Shown here one piece after another: positions 1 to 10,768 of a DNA stretch of 64,000 nt. Source of the stretch: Octopus vulgaris (lineage: Eukaryota); contig OX597817.1 of the NCBI GenBank assembly GCA_951406725.2, positions 142,228,001-142,292,000 on the forward strand, given 5' to 3'. The stretch's first letter is position 1, and the number at the start of each line of letters is the position of its first letter. Under the pieces are notes generated by a model, which did not search any database, was not told where the DNA came from, and saw only the letters and a program-made list of their open reading frames with translations. A program made the position numbers and the translations under genes.

Positions 1-189
1 CGCTTCGCAGCCATGTGCTGGAAACCACTGCGTTTCCATTTGACCAAATGCTATTTATCAGAACATTTTATTGGTTACCCGAAAACTGATCAGAAGTCCA
101 TCAGATGAATTATATATACTCAGGTGTTTCAAACTCCCCGTCGCTCAGATTCGGTTAAAGATTCACGTATCAGGAATGTCTTTCATTTT

Positions 190-685
190 CTAGTTGATTC
201 AGTCATTTGACTGCGGCCATGCTGGAGCACTGTCTTGAAAAGCTTTAATCGAACAAATCGACCCCAGGACATTTTTTAAAATCCTGATAATCATTCTACC
301 GGTCTCTCTTTTGCGAACCGCTAAGTTATGGCGACGTAAAACTACCAACATCGGTTGTCAAACGGTGGGACACACACACACACAATACCCCCCCCCCACA
401 CACACACACAATACCCCCCCACACACACACACATACACACACACATAGGAAGGTTTAGGCCTCTGGTAATCAAAACTAATAGGTATGCATTCTGAGTGCT
501 CTAGTTGATAAGCCGCTAGGGGGCTGGAGTAGGCGATCCTTCAGTTTACCTCTGCCAAATACACTCACAAGGCTTCGGTCGACTCGGGACTATAGTAGAC
601 GTGAACTGCCTGAGTGGCCACGCCGTGAGAGTGAATCCGGAACTATATGACTGGGAAGCAAGCTTCTTGCTACGCAGTCGCCCGC
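190..685 (-). mobile_element. tRNA-derived SINE family A (head + internal microsatellite + tail), diverged, with ~95-bp internal insert
   Basis: Reverse complement of family A tail (cagtcatttgactgcggccatgctggagcac...ccgctaagtta) at ~200-370, (CA)n, then head (cactcacaaggctt...) to ~685; matches the copy at 8311-8680. Confidence 0.8.
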
Positions 686-939
686 AATTAATTACTCCTT
701 AATTCAATGATCATGTAGTTCGGGTCATCAAAAACTGAACTTTCATTCTTTCTGCCGACCTCGACGGAGAATCATATGTTTTGTGTCTTGTATGTTGGAG
801 CGGGTTTCTGTGAGTGTATGTGCATGTATGCGTGTAATGCTCAAAATTCCAAGCCCTCTATTACCAGCAAAGAAATATACTTTAGATCAAACGGTGCAGT
901 AATCTCTGAGTTAAACCCAGTGCCTTACGTGGAAATCCA

Positions 940-1440
940 TATGAACAACGATGCTTCATTTCCTGTACATATCATCAAGATACTGACTATGCGCAGACGA
1001 AGAGCGGTATGTATTCTGAGAACTTTCAGAACAACTGAACAGGAAGATCTGCTAGTCCCATGGAAGACATTTCTCAGACCTCTGGAGTAATGGTCTCGAC
1101 TCTGGACATGCATATAGTGTCAGATTAATAGCAGAACTCAAGACTAGGAAGATTGCATCAACGAAACAATTGAGCTACTAGGAGAAACTGACGGAGAGTA
1201 CATGCAAAAGCAGACAGGACGCCACTGCACTGTTCTAAAGTTCACACCCATCCTGTCTGGATTGAGGACCGGGTACAACGATAGCCAAGGTTTCAAAGGC
1301 CCACGGATATTTAATATCTTGCAAAACAAAGCCAAATGAGATTTCGTGGAACGAACGTAGAATGGATTAAGGAATCAAATTGTCCTTCTGCTATACAAGA
1401 TCTCAGGTGCCCTTGCATCATCACTCAAGGAAACTTAAAA
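940..1440 (+). pseudogene. Degraded CR1/L2-type LINE ORF2 C-terminal fragment
   Basis: Translation ILRTFRTTEQEDLLVPWKTFLRPLE resembles the ILRxF...L(Y/W)KxxVRPxLEY post-RT motif; stops and frameshifts follow. Confidence 0.6.
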
Positions 1441-1444
1441 GAGG

Positions 1445-1672
1445 GTAGCAATATCAAACTGGCAGAATTGTTAGCACGCCGGGCAAAATGCTTAGCGGTA
1501 TTTCGTCTGCCGTTACGTTCTGAGTTCAAATTCCGCCAAGGTCGACTTCGCCTTTCATCCTTTTGGGGGTCGATTAAATAAGTACCAGTTACGCACTGGG
1601 GTCAATGTAATCGACTTAATCTGTCCTTGTTTGTCTCCTCTGTGGTTAGCGCCCTGTGGGCGATAAAGAAAT
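1445..1672 (+). mobile_element. SINE family D (Nin/Deu-like core)
   Basis: ctggcagaattgttagcacgccgggc...gagttcaaattccgccaaggtcgacttcgcctttcatcc...taaagaaata; same as 15516-15747 and 59113-59529. Confidence 0.85.
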
Positions 1673-1768
1673 ATAATGTAAATTCCATCCTTCACCAATA
1701 AAGAATAGCTATTGAAAATGTGTCCCCAGAGTCTTCACGCATAAACGCATAGAAGAATGAACGAATAT

Positions 1769-1841
<73 letters not shown>

Positions 1842-2397
1842 CACACGCACGCACACGTACACAAACATGCACACACATATATGTGTATGTCTTTTTTTGT
1901 GGCAGTGAGAGAAATGAGGAAATTTGTCACACTTATTTCTAGCCTATCTAGTGACCACATACATGACTTGCTCATTAAGTCCTTTCTCCATAACTGGAGA
2001 AGGAAGGTGGCCCAAAATATTATTATAGTTTCATTGCTTTTGTAGGTTGATAACTGAAAAGATTTATTGTTTCATAAAGTCAAAAATTTAAATTATGCTA
2101 AGCAAGTCAATTTCGAACGGTCAGGTCGAAAGGAATCAATAAATCTCTCTTGCGACAGTTCGATGCCTCGCCGAAGAACCATTTACGCTTACCAGGGTTA
2201 TTGAAATAGGCAGCTACGATCAATCAATCAAACAATATGAAATTTCAAATAGTTTAAAGAGACGAATCTGTCAACAATATGTTCCATTGTAAAATAGTTA
2301 TTAATCTTATTCAATTTCATATTTAAACATTTCCAGCCAGAATGTTTCCCGGTTTTTTCTTTAAGTAATAAGGCATAACAAAAATTCATATACATAC

Positions 2398-2518
<121 letters not shown>

Positions 2519-2849
2519 GGCGCACGGCTCAATGGGTAGAGCGTCGAGCTTACGAACGTGAGGTTGTGAGTTCGAATCCCGGACTGGGCTGCGTGTTGTG
2601 TTCTTGAACAAGACACTTTATTTCATGTTGCTCCAGTTCGTTGAGCTGTAGAAATGAGTTGCGACGTCACAGGTGCCAAGCTGTATCTGCTGTTGCCTTT
2701 TCCTTGGATAACATCAGTCGTGTGGAGAGGGAAGGCTGGCATGCATGGGTGACTATTGGCCTTCTGCAAACAACCTTGCCCACACTTGTGCCTGGGAGGG
2801 TAACGCTCTAGATGCAATCCCATTGTCAGTCATGACTGAAGGGGGTCTC
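2519..2849 (+). mobile_element. tRNA-derived SINE family B, full length
   Basis: A-box-like cggctcaatggg, B box gttcgaatccc, core gttgtgttcttgaacaagacact; body matches the 5'-truncated copy at 20350-20606. Confidence 0.85.
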
Positions 2850-3069
2850 ATATATATGTGTGTGTGTGTGCGCATGTGTGTGTTTGTGTGTGTGTATACT
2901 TATGTATTTATATCTATACATATACACACACATACATACATGCATGCTTACATACATATTTATATATACATGCGCACATAAATATACCTATATATATATA
3001 TGCATACACATATATCTATTTCTATACGTATATATGTATGTATATATATATGTGTGTGTGTGTATGTTT

Positions 3070-3267
3070 GTGTGTCAGTGTTTGTCCCCCCAACATCGAT
3101 TGACAACCGATGCTGGTGTGCTTGCGTCCCCTAACTTAGCGGTTTGGCAACAGGGAACGATAGAATGTGTACTAGGCTTACAAAGAATAAGTCCTGGGGT
3201 CGATTTTTTTCGACTAAAGGCGATACTCCAGGATGGCCACAATCAAATGACTGAAACATGTAAAAGA

Positions 3268-3270
<3 letters not shown>
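3070..3270 (+). mobile_element. SINE family A, 3' half
   Basis: tttgtcccccc...taacttagcggttt...caaatgactgaaacatgtaaaaga. Confidence 0.85.
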
Positions 3271-3316
<46 letters not shown>

Positions 3317-3330
3317 CATATATATATATA

Positions 3331-3716
3331 TCGCTGTAGACAAATAAGTGTAAATACACTGAGTTACATTATAGCGCTTCTTAACCATATAGTGGGATGC
3401 ATGCATTTCGGAGTGGTTATTTTATCTTCAGCAGTAGAGACAGGAAAGAGAAACGCAATGAATTGATACGAGAGACAGGTCCCTCTTATGATGTTCCCCT
3501 CATCGTTTAATGACTGGTTTATTTATTCAGCGGCTCTTCGGAAATAAAATACAGGGTGACATCACTAAGCTGGGACATGTATAAATACAAACTTGTTCCC
3601 AGTTTAAATATGTTCGAAGTTTATCTGAACTCATAAGAAATCTATTCACTGTATTTTGTCATAGAGAAAATCTCTCGCTGTAGACACAAATAAGTGTAGA
3701 CACACCGAGTTAGCTT
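3331..3716 (-). mobile_element. Partial-tandem (~344-bp period) non-coding element with degenerate hammerhead (3390-3437), 3' end at (TA)n
   Basis: tcgctgtagac(ac)aaataagtgta..cac.gagtta at 3331 and 3675; minus strand reads ctactg-CTGAAGA-taaaataaccactcc-GAAA-tgcatgca-TC (palindromic stem III); stems I and II decayed. Confidence 0.55.
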
Positions 3717-3757
3717 TAAAATTAAGTAAATTAAATTTCTCCTTTCTATATATTTTT

Positions 3758-4180
3758 CATTTATTCTTTTATTTGTTTGAGTTATTTGACTGTGGCCATG
3801 CTGGAACGCCGCCTTTTTAGTCGAGCAAATTGACCGCAGGACTTACTCTTTGTAAGCCTAGTACTTATTCCATTCGTTCCTTTTTGCCGAACTGCTAGTG
3901 TACGGGGACGTAAACACACCAAAATCGGTTGTCAAGCGATTGTGGTAGGGACAAACACAGACAAACACACACACTCACACACACACACACAAACACAAAC
4001 ACAAACACACACGCACACACACACATATATATGTGTGTCTACCAAATCCACTCACAAAAGCTTTGGTCGGTCCGAGACTATGGTAGAAGACACTTGCTCA
4101 AGGTGCCACGCAGTGGGACTGAACCCAGAACCATGTGCTTGGTAAGCACGCTATTTACCACACAACCACTCCTACGCCTA
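3758..4180 (-). mobile_element. SINE family A, full length
   Basis: Tail, (CA)n and tRNA-like head (gtgggactgaaccc...ccacacaaccactcct) all present in reverse. Confidence 0.9.
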
Positions 4181-4562
4181 TATTTGCAAACATTTTGTAA
4201 TTATTTTTCTAGATTTATCCACGTAATGTAATCAACATTATCTCTTCAAGTTATCATTTAAGAGTATATTTACCGAAAATTACCATTGCCTGCCACCAAG
4301 CTTTATGTGTGCAATCATCCGACGCCACTTATGTTATTCCTACTGCATGACCCTTTTGCAAAAGTACATTGGGCACTTTTAGGGGGTTAATTGAGAAAGG
4401 CAGTCGAATGGGTTATACGCTCCTCCCCTCTATCTCGTTTTTCTATCTATCTCTACATACATACATACATACATACATACATACATACATACATACATAC
4501 ATACATACATAAACACACCACACACACACTCACACACGCACACACATATGCAGGCATACAGG

Positions 4563-4596
<34 letters not shown>

Positions 4597-6066
4597 GGAC
4601 GATGAGAAACCAAAATGATACAACATAAGCAGACCAATGAAATCTTCTCGGAATTAATAATAATTTTAGAAAAAAGTCTAATAAATTCCAACTTAAAAAG
4701 AAAAAATGTTAAACCAAAACATTAGATTTAATTTTCAAAAGTGCCTCTGATACTAATAAAGCTGCAAAAAGAATTTCTCAACAAAACAGGAGGCATTCTT
4801 TGGTCGAAGTCTGAGCAAAAAATTCAACGAACAAAAAAAAATCTAAATATTCAAACTTCATTTAAAGAACATCATATATTTAATATCATGAAGTGACATC
4901 GTATTACTGATCGAACTAAGAACTTATTTTCAAGTTACATTGTATATGGATTCACCATAATCTATTCTTTTCATGCTATTTCCTTAGTTTCTTATTATCT
5001 CTCTCTCACTCTCTATCTGTCTATCTATCTGTCGATTTATCCATTTATCTATCAAGATATATACATACATATAAGAGGGATGACCACTAGGTGGACATCC
5101 AATATGCTAAATGTAGACCCCATATGGTCTGACAACTGAGAAAAAATTGTTCTCAAGAAAATTCGGCAAACGCCACAAAGTAAAGCAAGCAAGACAAATG
5201 AAAAGATACAAAATATTATGATTAGTCACATACCAGATTTCATTGTTACCATTTACATATTTACATACGTAAATGTATCGGTTATTACTGGAGATATACC
5301 AGCATACACACACACACGCACGCACACACACACACACACATATATACATAAATACTACACAAGTACGCAATATTTCCAAGGTAGATATTCATCTGTGTAT
5401 TCATGCATTCGTCGCGATTATTTCTTTGACCACAGTGTCAGAGAAATACAAACGCAGTTTACATAGGTATCCCTTTCAACATAAAATTCCGCAACCAGAT
5501 ACCATAGATGACTTGGTTGGTCTTGCTCTAAATTTACGCAACGGGCTTAGGTCAATATACATATCGAAGTTAGGAACATACCAAATGATTTCATGATAAT
5601 CCACCTCCCCCATTTACACATCAACTACTGAACCGCTTTTGTTATAATACAACGGCATCGTCATTACATATACAGTTCACAGAAACGGTTGCAAAAGTCA
5701 AATTTGTTTTGATCATAATACATGCATACGTATTGTTTTACGGCAATGTTATATCTAATATTTATTCATGTCAATACAAGCAGGCAACATGTCCTTTTTG
5801 AAGCTTTATCTATATAAAAGTAAGTTTAAAGAGCAAATAATAGGTTTCTGAATTGTTACAGATGAAAGAATAATTAAAGAACATTTCATGTAACGTTAAT
5901 TGTCAACTTCTATGAGAGAATAACATGGGTCCTGGGTTCAAATAGCATTTAATCAGTACCGGGCTGTCAGTGAAGAGTCAAGGTAGAAGTAAAATAGCCA
6001 TTGTTTTTGTAATGGTTTATTTGGAAATACAAGAGACGTGAAATTAAAGGTAAATAGTGGTGGTAA

Positions 6067-6147
<81 letters not shown>

Positions 6148-6149
<2 letters not shown>

Positions 6150-6340
6150 CGGGAAGGTTTACGAAAATAAACAAAAGACGAAGGCAGGTGGAGTACAAAC
6201 AAACAAATGTATTAGTATGGCGCTCAGGAATAGAAATAGAATAAGTCTTTTACGTTTCGAGTCTACGCTCTTCGACAGAAAGATACACAGAAAAGAAACA
6301 AGGAGAGAAAAAAATGCGTGTAGGAGCTAACGGTCTATAT
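6148..6340 (-). mobile_element. Penelope-type pLTR fragment with minimal HHR; 3' end abuts (TA)n
   Basis: Homologous to 23230-23385 (opposite strand); contains HHR motif 6246-6283. Confidence 0.65.
6246..6283 (-). ncRNA. Minimal type I hammerhead motif, core variant CUGUCGA (A6U)
   Basis: Minus strand: tcttt-CTGTCGA-a-gag(cgtaga)ctc-GAAA-cg-TA-aaaga; perfect 5-bp stem I, palindromic ACGT stem III. Confidence 0.65.
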
Positions 6341-6399
6341 ATTGTATAAAGGGTCGTGGTAAGGCCAGAACAATGCGAAGTAAATGCAAGGCAAATCGC

Positions 6400-7095
6400 A
6401 CGTAAACAAATATATGAATTAATGTAGACTTACCTTGCATTCAATATTTCGGGGATATGACCCTATTTTCAAGAAATTAACGAATGTTGCCGATGTGCGT
6501 GTGTGTAAACGTGTATGGAGTAGACATGCATGGAAAGGTGTTGCTATAGCATCCAGCTATCTTCCTGTAACTCTCTTCACGTGTTGATATTTGGTTTCCT
6601 TTGGTGTATGAGTATGGTCTCAGAGATTCTAAGGTGGCCTCTGTTCCGCTGTGGTCTGTAATTACCGTAGATGTTTCTTCACGGAAGTGTCTGCCTGCAG
6701 GGGTTCCTTAATGCGTATATGCAGTTTTCTTGTCGTGCTTTCGATGTAGGATACGCCTCATTTGCTACAGATGATCTCGTATACAACATAGGTCCTCTGG
6801 CACAATTCAGGGTCATTGATGGGGCAGTTCGACAATGTGAGAAGTGTTGTTCTTGGACAGAGCTGTTCTGAGGGAATGGCCGGTGTACACTATCTGTATT
6901 TCGAGTCGTCCTCTGCGGACTGCGTGTTGTATCGCTGCAGTAGTTCTGAAGTCAAAATGTGTTAGCTTTAGGAAGCAGTTGAGGACTTGAGAGTATGAGG
7001 GTTCTGGTTTTTTCCTGTCCTTTTTTTGCATCGTCTAACTGTCCGGATGTTTTGTTGTCGCCTGTTACGTTCTTGTTCCATTTTTTGTTTTCTTT
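6400..7095 (-). pseudogene. Penelope-like element 3' remnant: GIY-YIG endonuclease plus downstream pLTR
   Basis: Minus-strand translation of ~6690-6830: NCPINDPELCQRTYVVYEIICSK*GVSYIESTTRKLHIRIKEPL, matching PLE VVYxIxCxxCxxxYIGxTxRxLxxRIKEH; in-frame stop and frameshifts. Confidence 0.85.
6440..6475 (-). ncRNA. Minimal HHR-like motif with U3-A8 core, followed by splice donor AG|GTAAGT
   Basis: Minus strand: ttc-TTGAAAA-ta-ggg(tcatat)ccc-c-GAAA-ta-TT-gaa-tgcaag|gtaagt; lies 3' of the GIY-YIG remnant as expected for a pLTR. Confidence 0.5.
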
Positions 7096-7113
7096 ATATA
7101 TATAAATGAATAA

Positions 7114-7144
<31 letters not shown>

Positions 7145-7184
7145 TGTGTTTGCGTGTGTGTTTGTGTGTGCGTGTGTGTGTGTT

Positions 7185-7385
7185 TGTTTCTTTGTTCCCC
7201 CACCATCGCTGGACAGCCAATGCTGATATGTTTACGTCCCCGTAACTTAGCGGTTCGACAAAGGAGACCGATATGATAAGTACTAGGCTTACAAAGAATA
7301 AATCCTGGTGGTCGATTTGTTCGACTAAAGGTGGTGCTCCAGAATGGCCGCAGTCAAATAACTGAAACAAATAAAAGGTTAAAAG
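7185..7385 (+). mobile_element. SINE family A, 3' half
   Basis: gtttacgtccccgtaacttagcggttcg...ggccgcagtcaaataactgaaac. Confidence 0.85.
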
Positions 7386-7628
7386 AATATGTGTGTGGGG
7401 GGAGTTTCTGTATCCTATTTAATGTGGATGAAATATGAAAGCGCGGAAGATACTGCAGTATTCGTCCTGAGATATTCTCCCCTATAGACATGTTGTAGCT
7501 GTCTCCACTTCTGATGTTGTACATATTTTAGCCTGCTGTTGATACTTATGTGCTTTAACCTATGACATCAGGTCGCTGAAACGAGTTGAATCCATGTACA
7601 TATATGTGAATATATATACATGATATAT

Positions 7629-7997
7629 GTGGAAGCGCAATGGCCCAGTGGTTAGAGCAGCGGACTCGCGGTCATAGGATCGCGGTTTCGATTCCCAGAC
7701 CGGGCGTTGTGAGTGTTTATTGAGCGAAAACACCTAAAGCTCCACGAGGCTCCGGCAGGGGATGGTGGTGATCCCTGCTGTACTCTTTCACCACAACATT
7801 CTCTCACTCTTACTTCCTGTTTCTGTTGTACCTGTATTTCAAAGGGCCGGCCTTGTCACTCTGTATGTCACGCTGAATATCCCCGAAAACTACGTTAAGG
7901 GTGCACGTGTCTGGAGTTCTCAGCCACTTACACGTTAATTTCACGAGCAGGCTGTTCCGTTGATTCGGATCAACCGGAACCCTCGTCGTCGTAACCC
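7629..7997 (+). mobile_element. tRNA-derived SINE family C with 11-bp TSD
   Basis: A box tggcccagtgg, B-box-like gtttcgattccc; acatgatatat at 7618-7628 and 7998-8008; 3' part recurs at 9550-9660 (-) and 49285-49365. Confidence 0.85.
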
Positions 7998-8310
7998 ACA
8001 TGATATATATTCGTTAGAGGAACGAAGCTAAAATATTTAGTGAATGCATAGTACAAGATATCATGATATATTCGTTTTCAAGTGACAACTAAGTGAACTT
8101 TTAATTAATTGGCCCATATATTATGTTGGGCCTCATTGAATTACGCATTAACTTTGCGTAAGCACACCTATTTTTTTTTCTTGTCTATTTTTTAATGTAA
8201 AACAGAATGTTTGCCTGACTCTCATTTCTGTTTGTTTTGTTCTCAGTGTTTTGGTTATATTGTAAAAATGTCCAACACCAGAAGTGGACGACATCTACAA
8301 CATGTCTATA

Positions 8311-8488
8311 AGGAGTGGCTGTGTGGTAAGTAGACTGCTTACGAACCACATGGTTCCGGGTTCAGTCCCACTGCGTGGCACCTTGGGCAAGTGTCTTCTA
8401 CTATAGCCTCGGGCCGACCAAAGCCTTGTGAGTGGATTTGGTAGATGGAAACTGAAAGAAGCCCATCATATATGTCTATGTATATATA

Positions 8489-8519
<31 letters not shown>

Positions 8520-8680
8520 ATGCTGGCGTGTTTACGTCCCCGTAACTTAGCGGTTCGGCAAAAGAGACCGATAGAATAAGTACTACTAGGCTTACAAAGA
8601 ATAAGTCCTCGGGTCGATTTGCTCGACTAAAGGCGGTGCTCCAGCATGGTCGCAGTCAAATGACTGAAACATGTAAAAGA
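8311..8680 (+). mobile_element. SINE family A, full-length reference copy
   Basis: gtggctgtgtggtaag (A box), gggttcagtccc (B box), ccttgggcaagtgtctt core, internal (TA)/(TG)n, tail ...gcagtcaaatgactgaaac. Confidence 0.9.
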
Positions 8681-9394
8681 TTACTGTAGTAGCCTGTTTC
8701 CTCTTTGGTTGTTTTATTTTTAAATTTTTCCAAATAACATCATTTTGGTTTTGAAGACAAAAACTAAAAATGCAAGCACTTCTATGACGATTGCACTCTC
8801 AGAATTACACTACCTGCTGATTATTACGTTATAAATCTAAAAGAGAACACATTTTTGTGTGCGGTTCCAGTGAATTTATAGTTATTTTCTAAAAATATGC
8901 ACGCTTTACAACGTCTTTAGACAACTATTTTCGTTGGTCTGTTGCGTTCGATGTCAACGAGTTGAAGAATACGTGACTTTTGAAAATTATAGTTAATGGT
9001 GCCCTATCGTCGTCTTTCATAATCATTCCGAGATCGCTTTGGCAAATTAATGCTTTACCCTCTTAAATTTATGAGAACCTTCATTGACATTTGCTATTTT
9101 CTTTCTCGCCATTGCTGACAACACTATTTGTTTTTCGCAGTAAATTTCTTTTTTATTTTATTTCTATATGATTTATATTCTAAGGTGAATTTGGATAGGT
9201 TTGCGAGGTGTACAGCTTGTAAACTATGTTGTCAAAACGCATTGGTTTTCTCGTTCAAAACTGATTTAATATTTTGCCACAAGGAACTTTTCTATGAACC
9301 GGCAATAAACAATATCAGATGCTCTTTCCCTATTACCTTTCCAATAGCTTTTTCAGATGACCCTACCTTTTATCTTTTATATTTAAGCGTTTTA

Positions 9395-9950
9395 CGCACT
9401 CATCTGCGGCCATTCTGGGGCACCACATTGAAGAGCTTGGTTGAACTAATCTCATCCAGTACTTATTTTTAAGTCTTGTACTTATTCTATCGGTCTCTGT
9501 GACCAAAATACTAATTTGTAGGGTCGGTTGTCAAATGGTGGGAGGCACTGGCCCTCTGTCGGTTACGACGATGGATATTCCAGCTGATACAATCAACAGA
9601 ACAGTCTGCTATTGTATTTTACGTGCAAATGGCTGACCACTCCACAGCCACGTGCCTTCACATATTTATACACACAAACACACATATACGCAAACACACA
9701 CACACATATATACATGCAACATACGTACAAATACGCACACACACACACATATATATATGCACACACACACACGTATACATAGCACGTACACATAGCGGGC
9801 TTCCACAAAACTTCTGCCAACCAATGTCGTTCACTTGGCATTGGACAGCCCAGGCCTATAGTAGAAAAAACAAGCCCATAGTTCCCTTGCTGAGGTTGAA
9901 CCCAAAAGTAGGTGGTTGCAAAGTGATTTTCTTAATCACATAGCCATGTC
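9395..9950 (-). mobile_element. Old SINE family A copy interrupted by a family C 3' fragment (~9550-9660)
   Basis: Diverged tail 9395-9540 and head 9795-9950; gtcggttacgacga matches the family C end. Confidence 0.6.
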
Positions 9951-10457
9951 TATGTGAAGGTTCCATCCTTTCATTAGCCTATTGACGATGTTGAATTTAG
10001 AGAATGCATGCCTTTCTTTGGTGCTTGAAATTATCACGGAAACAAACGGCCATTGCGAACCGTTTCAATGGCGGCTGCCCCATCTTTCGAAATACATTTC
10101 CACTGTGACAGCCTAATAAAAACCTAAAATGGGTTCTTCCACTAAGTAGTGTCCAGTCATTTTTAAGAACCTTCAAATTGTGAAATTGTCCTCGTTCCAA
10201 ACGTCACTATATCGCTTGCTGAAGATATGGATAACATTACACTATGCTTGAAAAATAAAACCGGGACGGTCAAAGATGAAATGTTTATGACTACGATGCT
10301 TGACGGAACCGGTTGAATTTAACTGCAATATGAACTAAGGAGTGAGTTATGTATGAGTACGTACAGCTGTGTCCTAAACGTGCAAGGATAGATAGAAATT
10401 TCTATAGAAAGTTGGTGGAAGAAATACATAGAAAAATTTTACAGTTCTATATTTAAG

Positions 10458-10545
10458 AGATGAGGCTGGTGGGTATATCAGCCGAAACGTTGAGTTAATA
10501 ACAAACAAGATGAGGACAAATATCCGTCAAATGTAAATAATATAG
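10458..10545 (+). mobile_element. 5'-truncated pLTR fragment with partial HHR (same family as 35040-35185)
   Basis: gatga-ggctg(gtgggtatat)cagcc-GAAA-cg-TT-gagtt...aacaaacaagatgaggacaaatatccgtcaaatgtaaa; the first core bases and 5' stem I strand are missing. Confidence 0.7.
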
Positions 10546-10549
10546 AAAA

Positions 10550-10768
10550 ATTGGTTTCAAAATTGTTCACAAAGTCAGCAAATTTGGGAGAGGGGTAAAA
10601 GTCGATTAAATCGACCCCTGTAGTCAAATGGTACTTATTGTATCGACTGCGAGAGGACGAAAGGCAAAGTCGACCTCGGTAGTATTTGAAGTCAGAACGC
10701 AAAGACGGACGAAATGCCGTAAAGATTTTTGCCCGGCGTGTTGAGGAATCGGCCAGCTCGCCACCTTA
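10550..10768 (-). mobile_element. SINE family D
   Basis: Reverse of aaggtggcgagctggc...gaggtcgactttgcctttcgtcc. Confidence 0.8.

Noticed and set aside
2519-2592. tRNA-like sequences (also ~7633-7703 and ~8313-8372)
   Set aside because: Pol III boxes are present but cloverleafs are incomplete and each continues into a repeated body; SINE heads, not tRNA genes
8630-8672. Stem-loop + GAAAC in SINE/LINE tails (cagtc-aaat-gactg-aaac; also ~19857, ~54885) as hammerheads
   Set aside because: No CUGANGA and no stems I/III; better explained as LINE-type 3' recognition stem-loops
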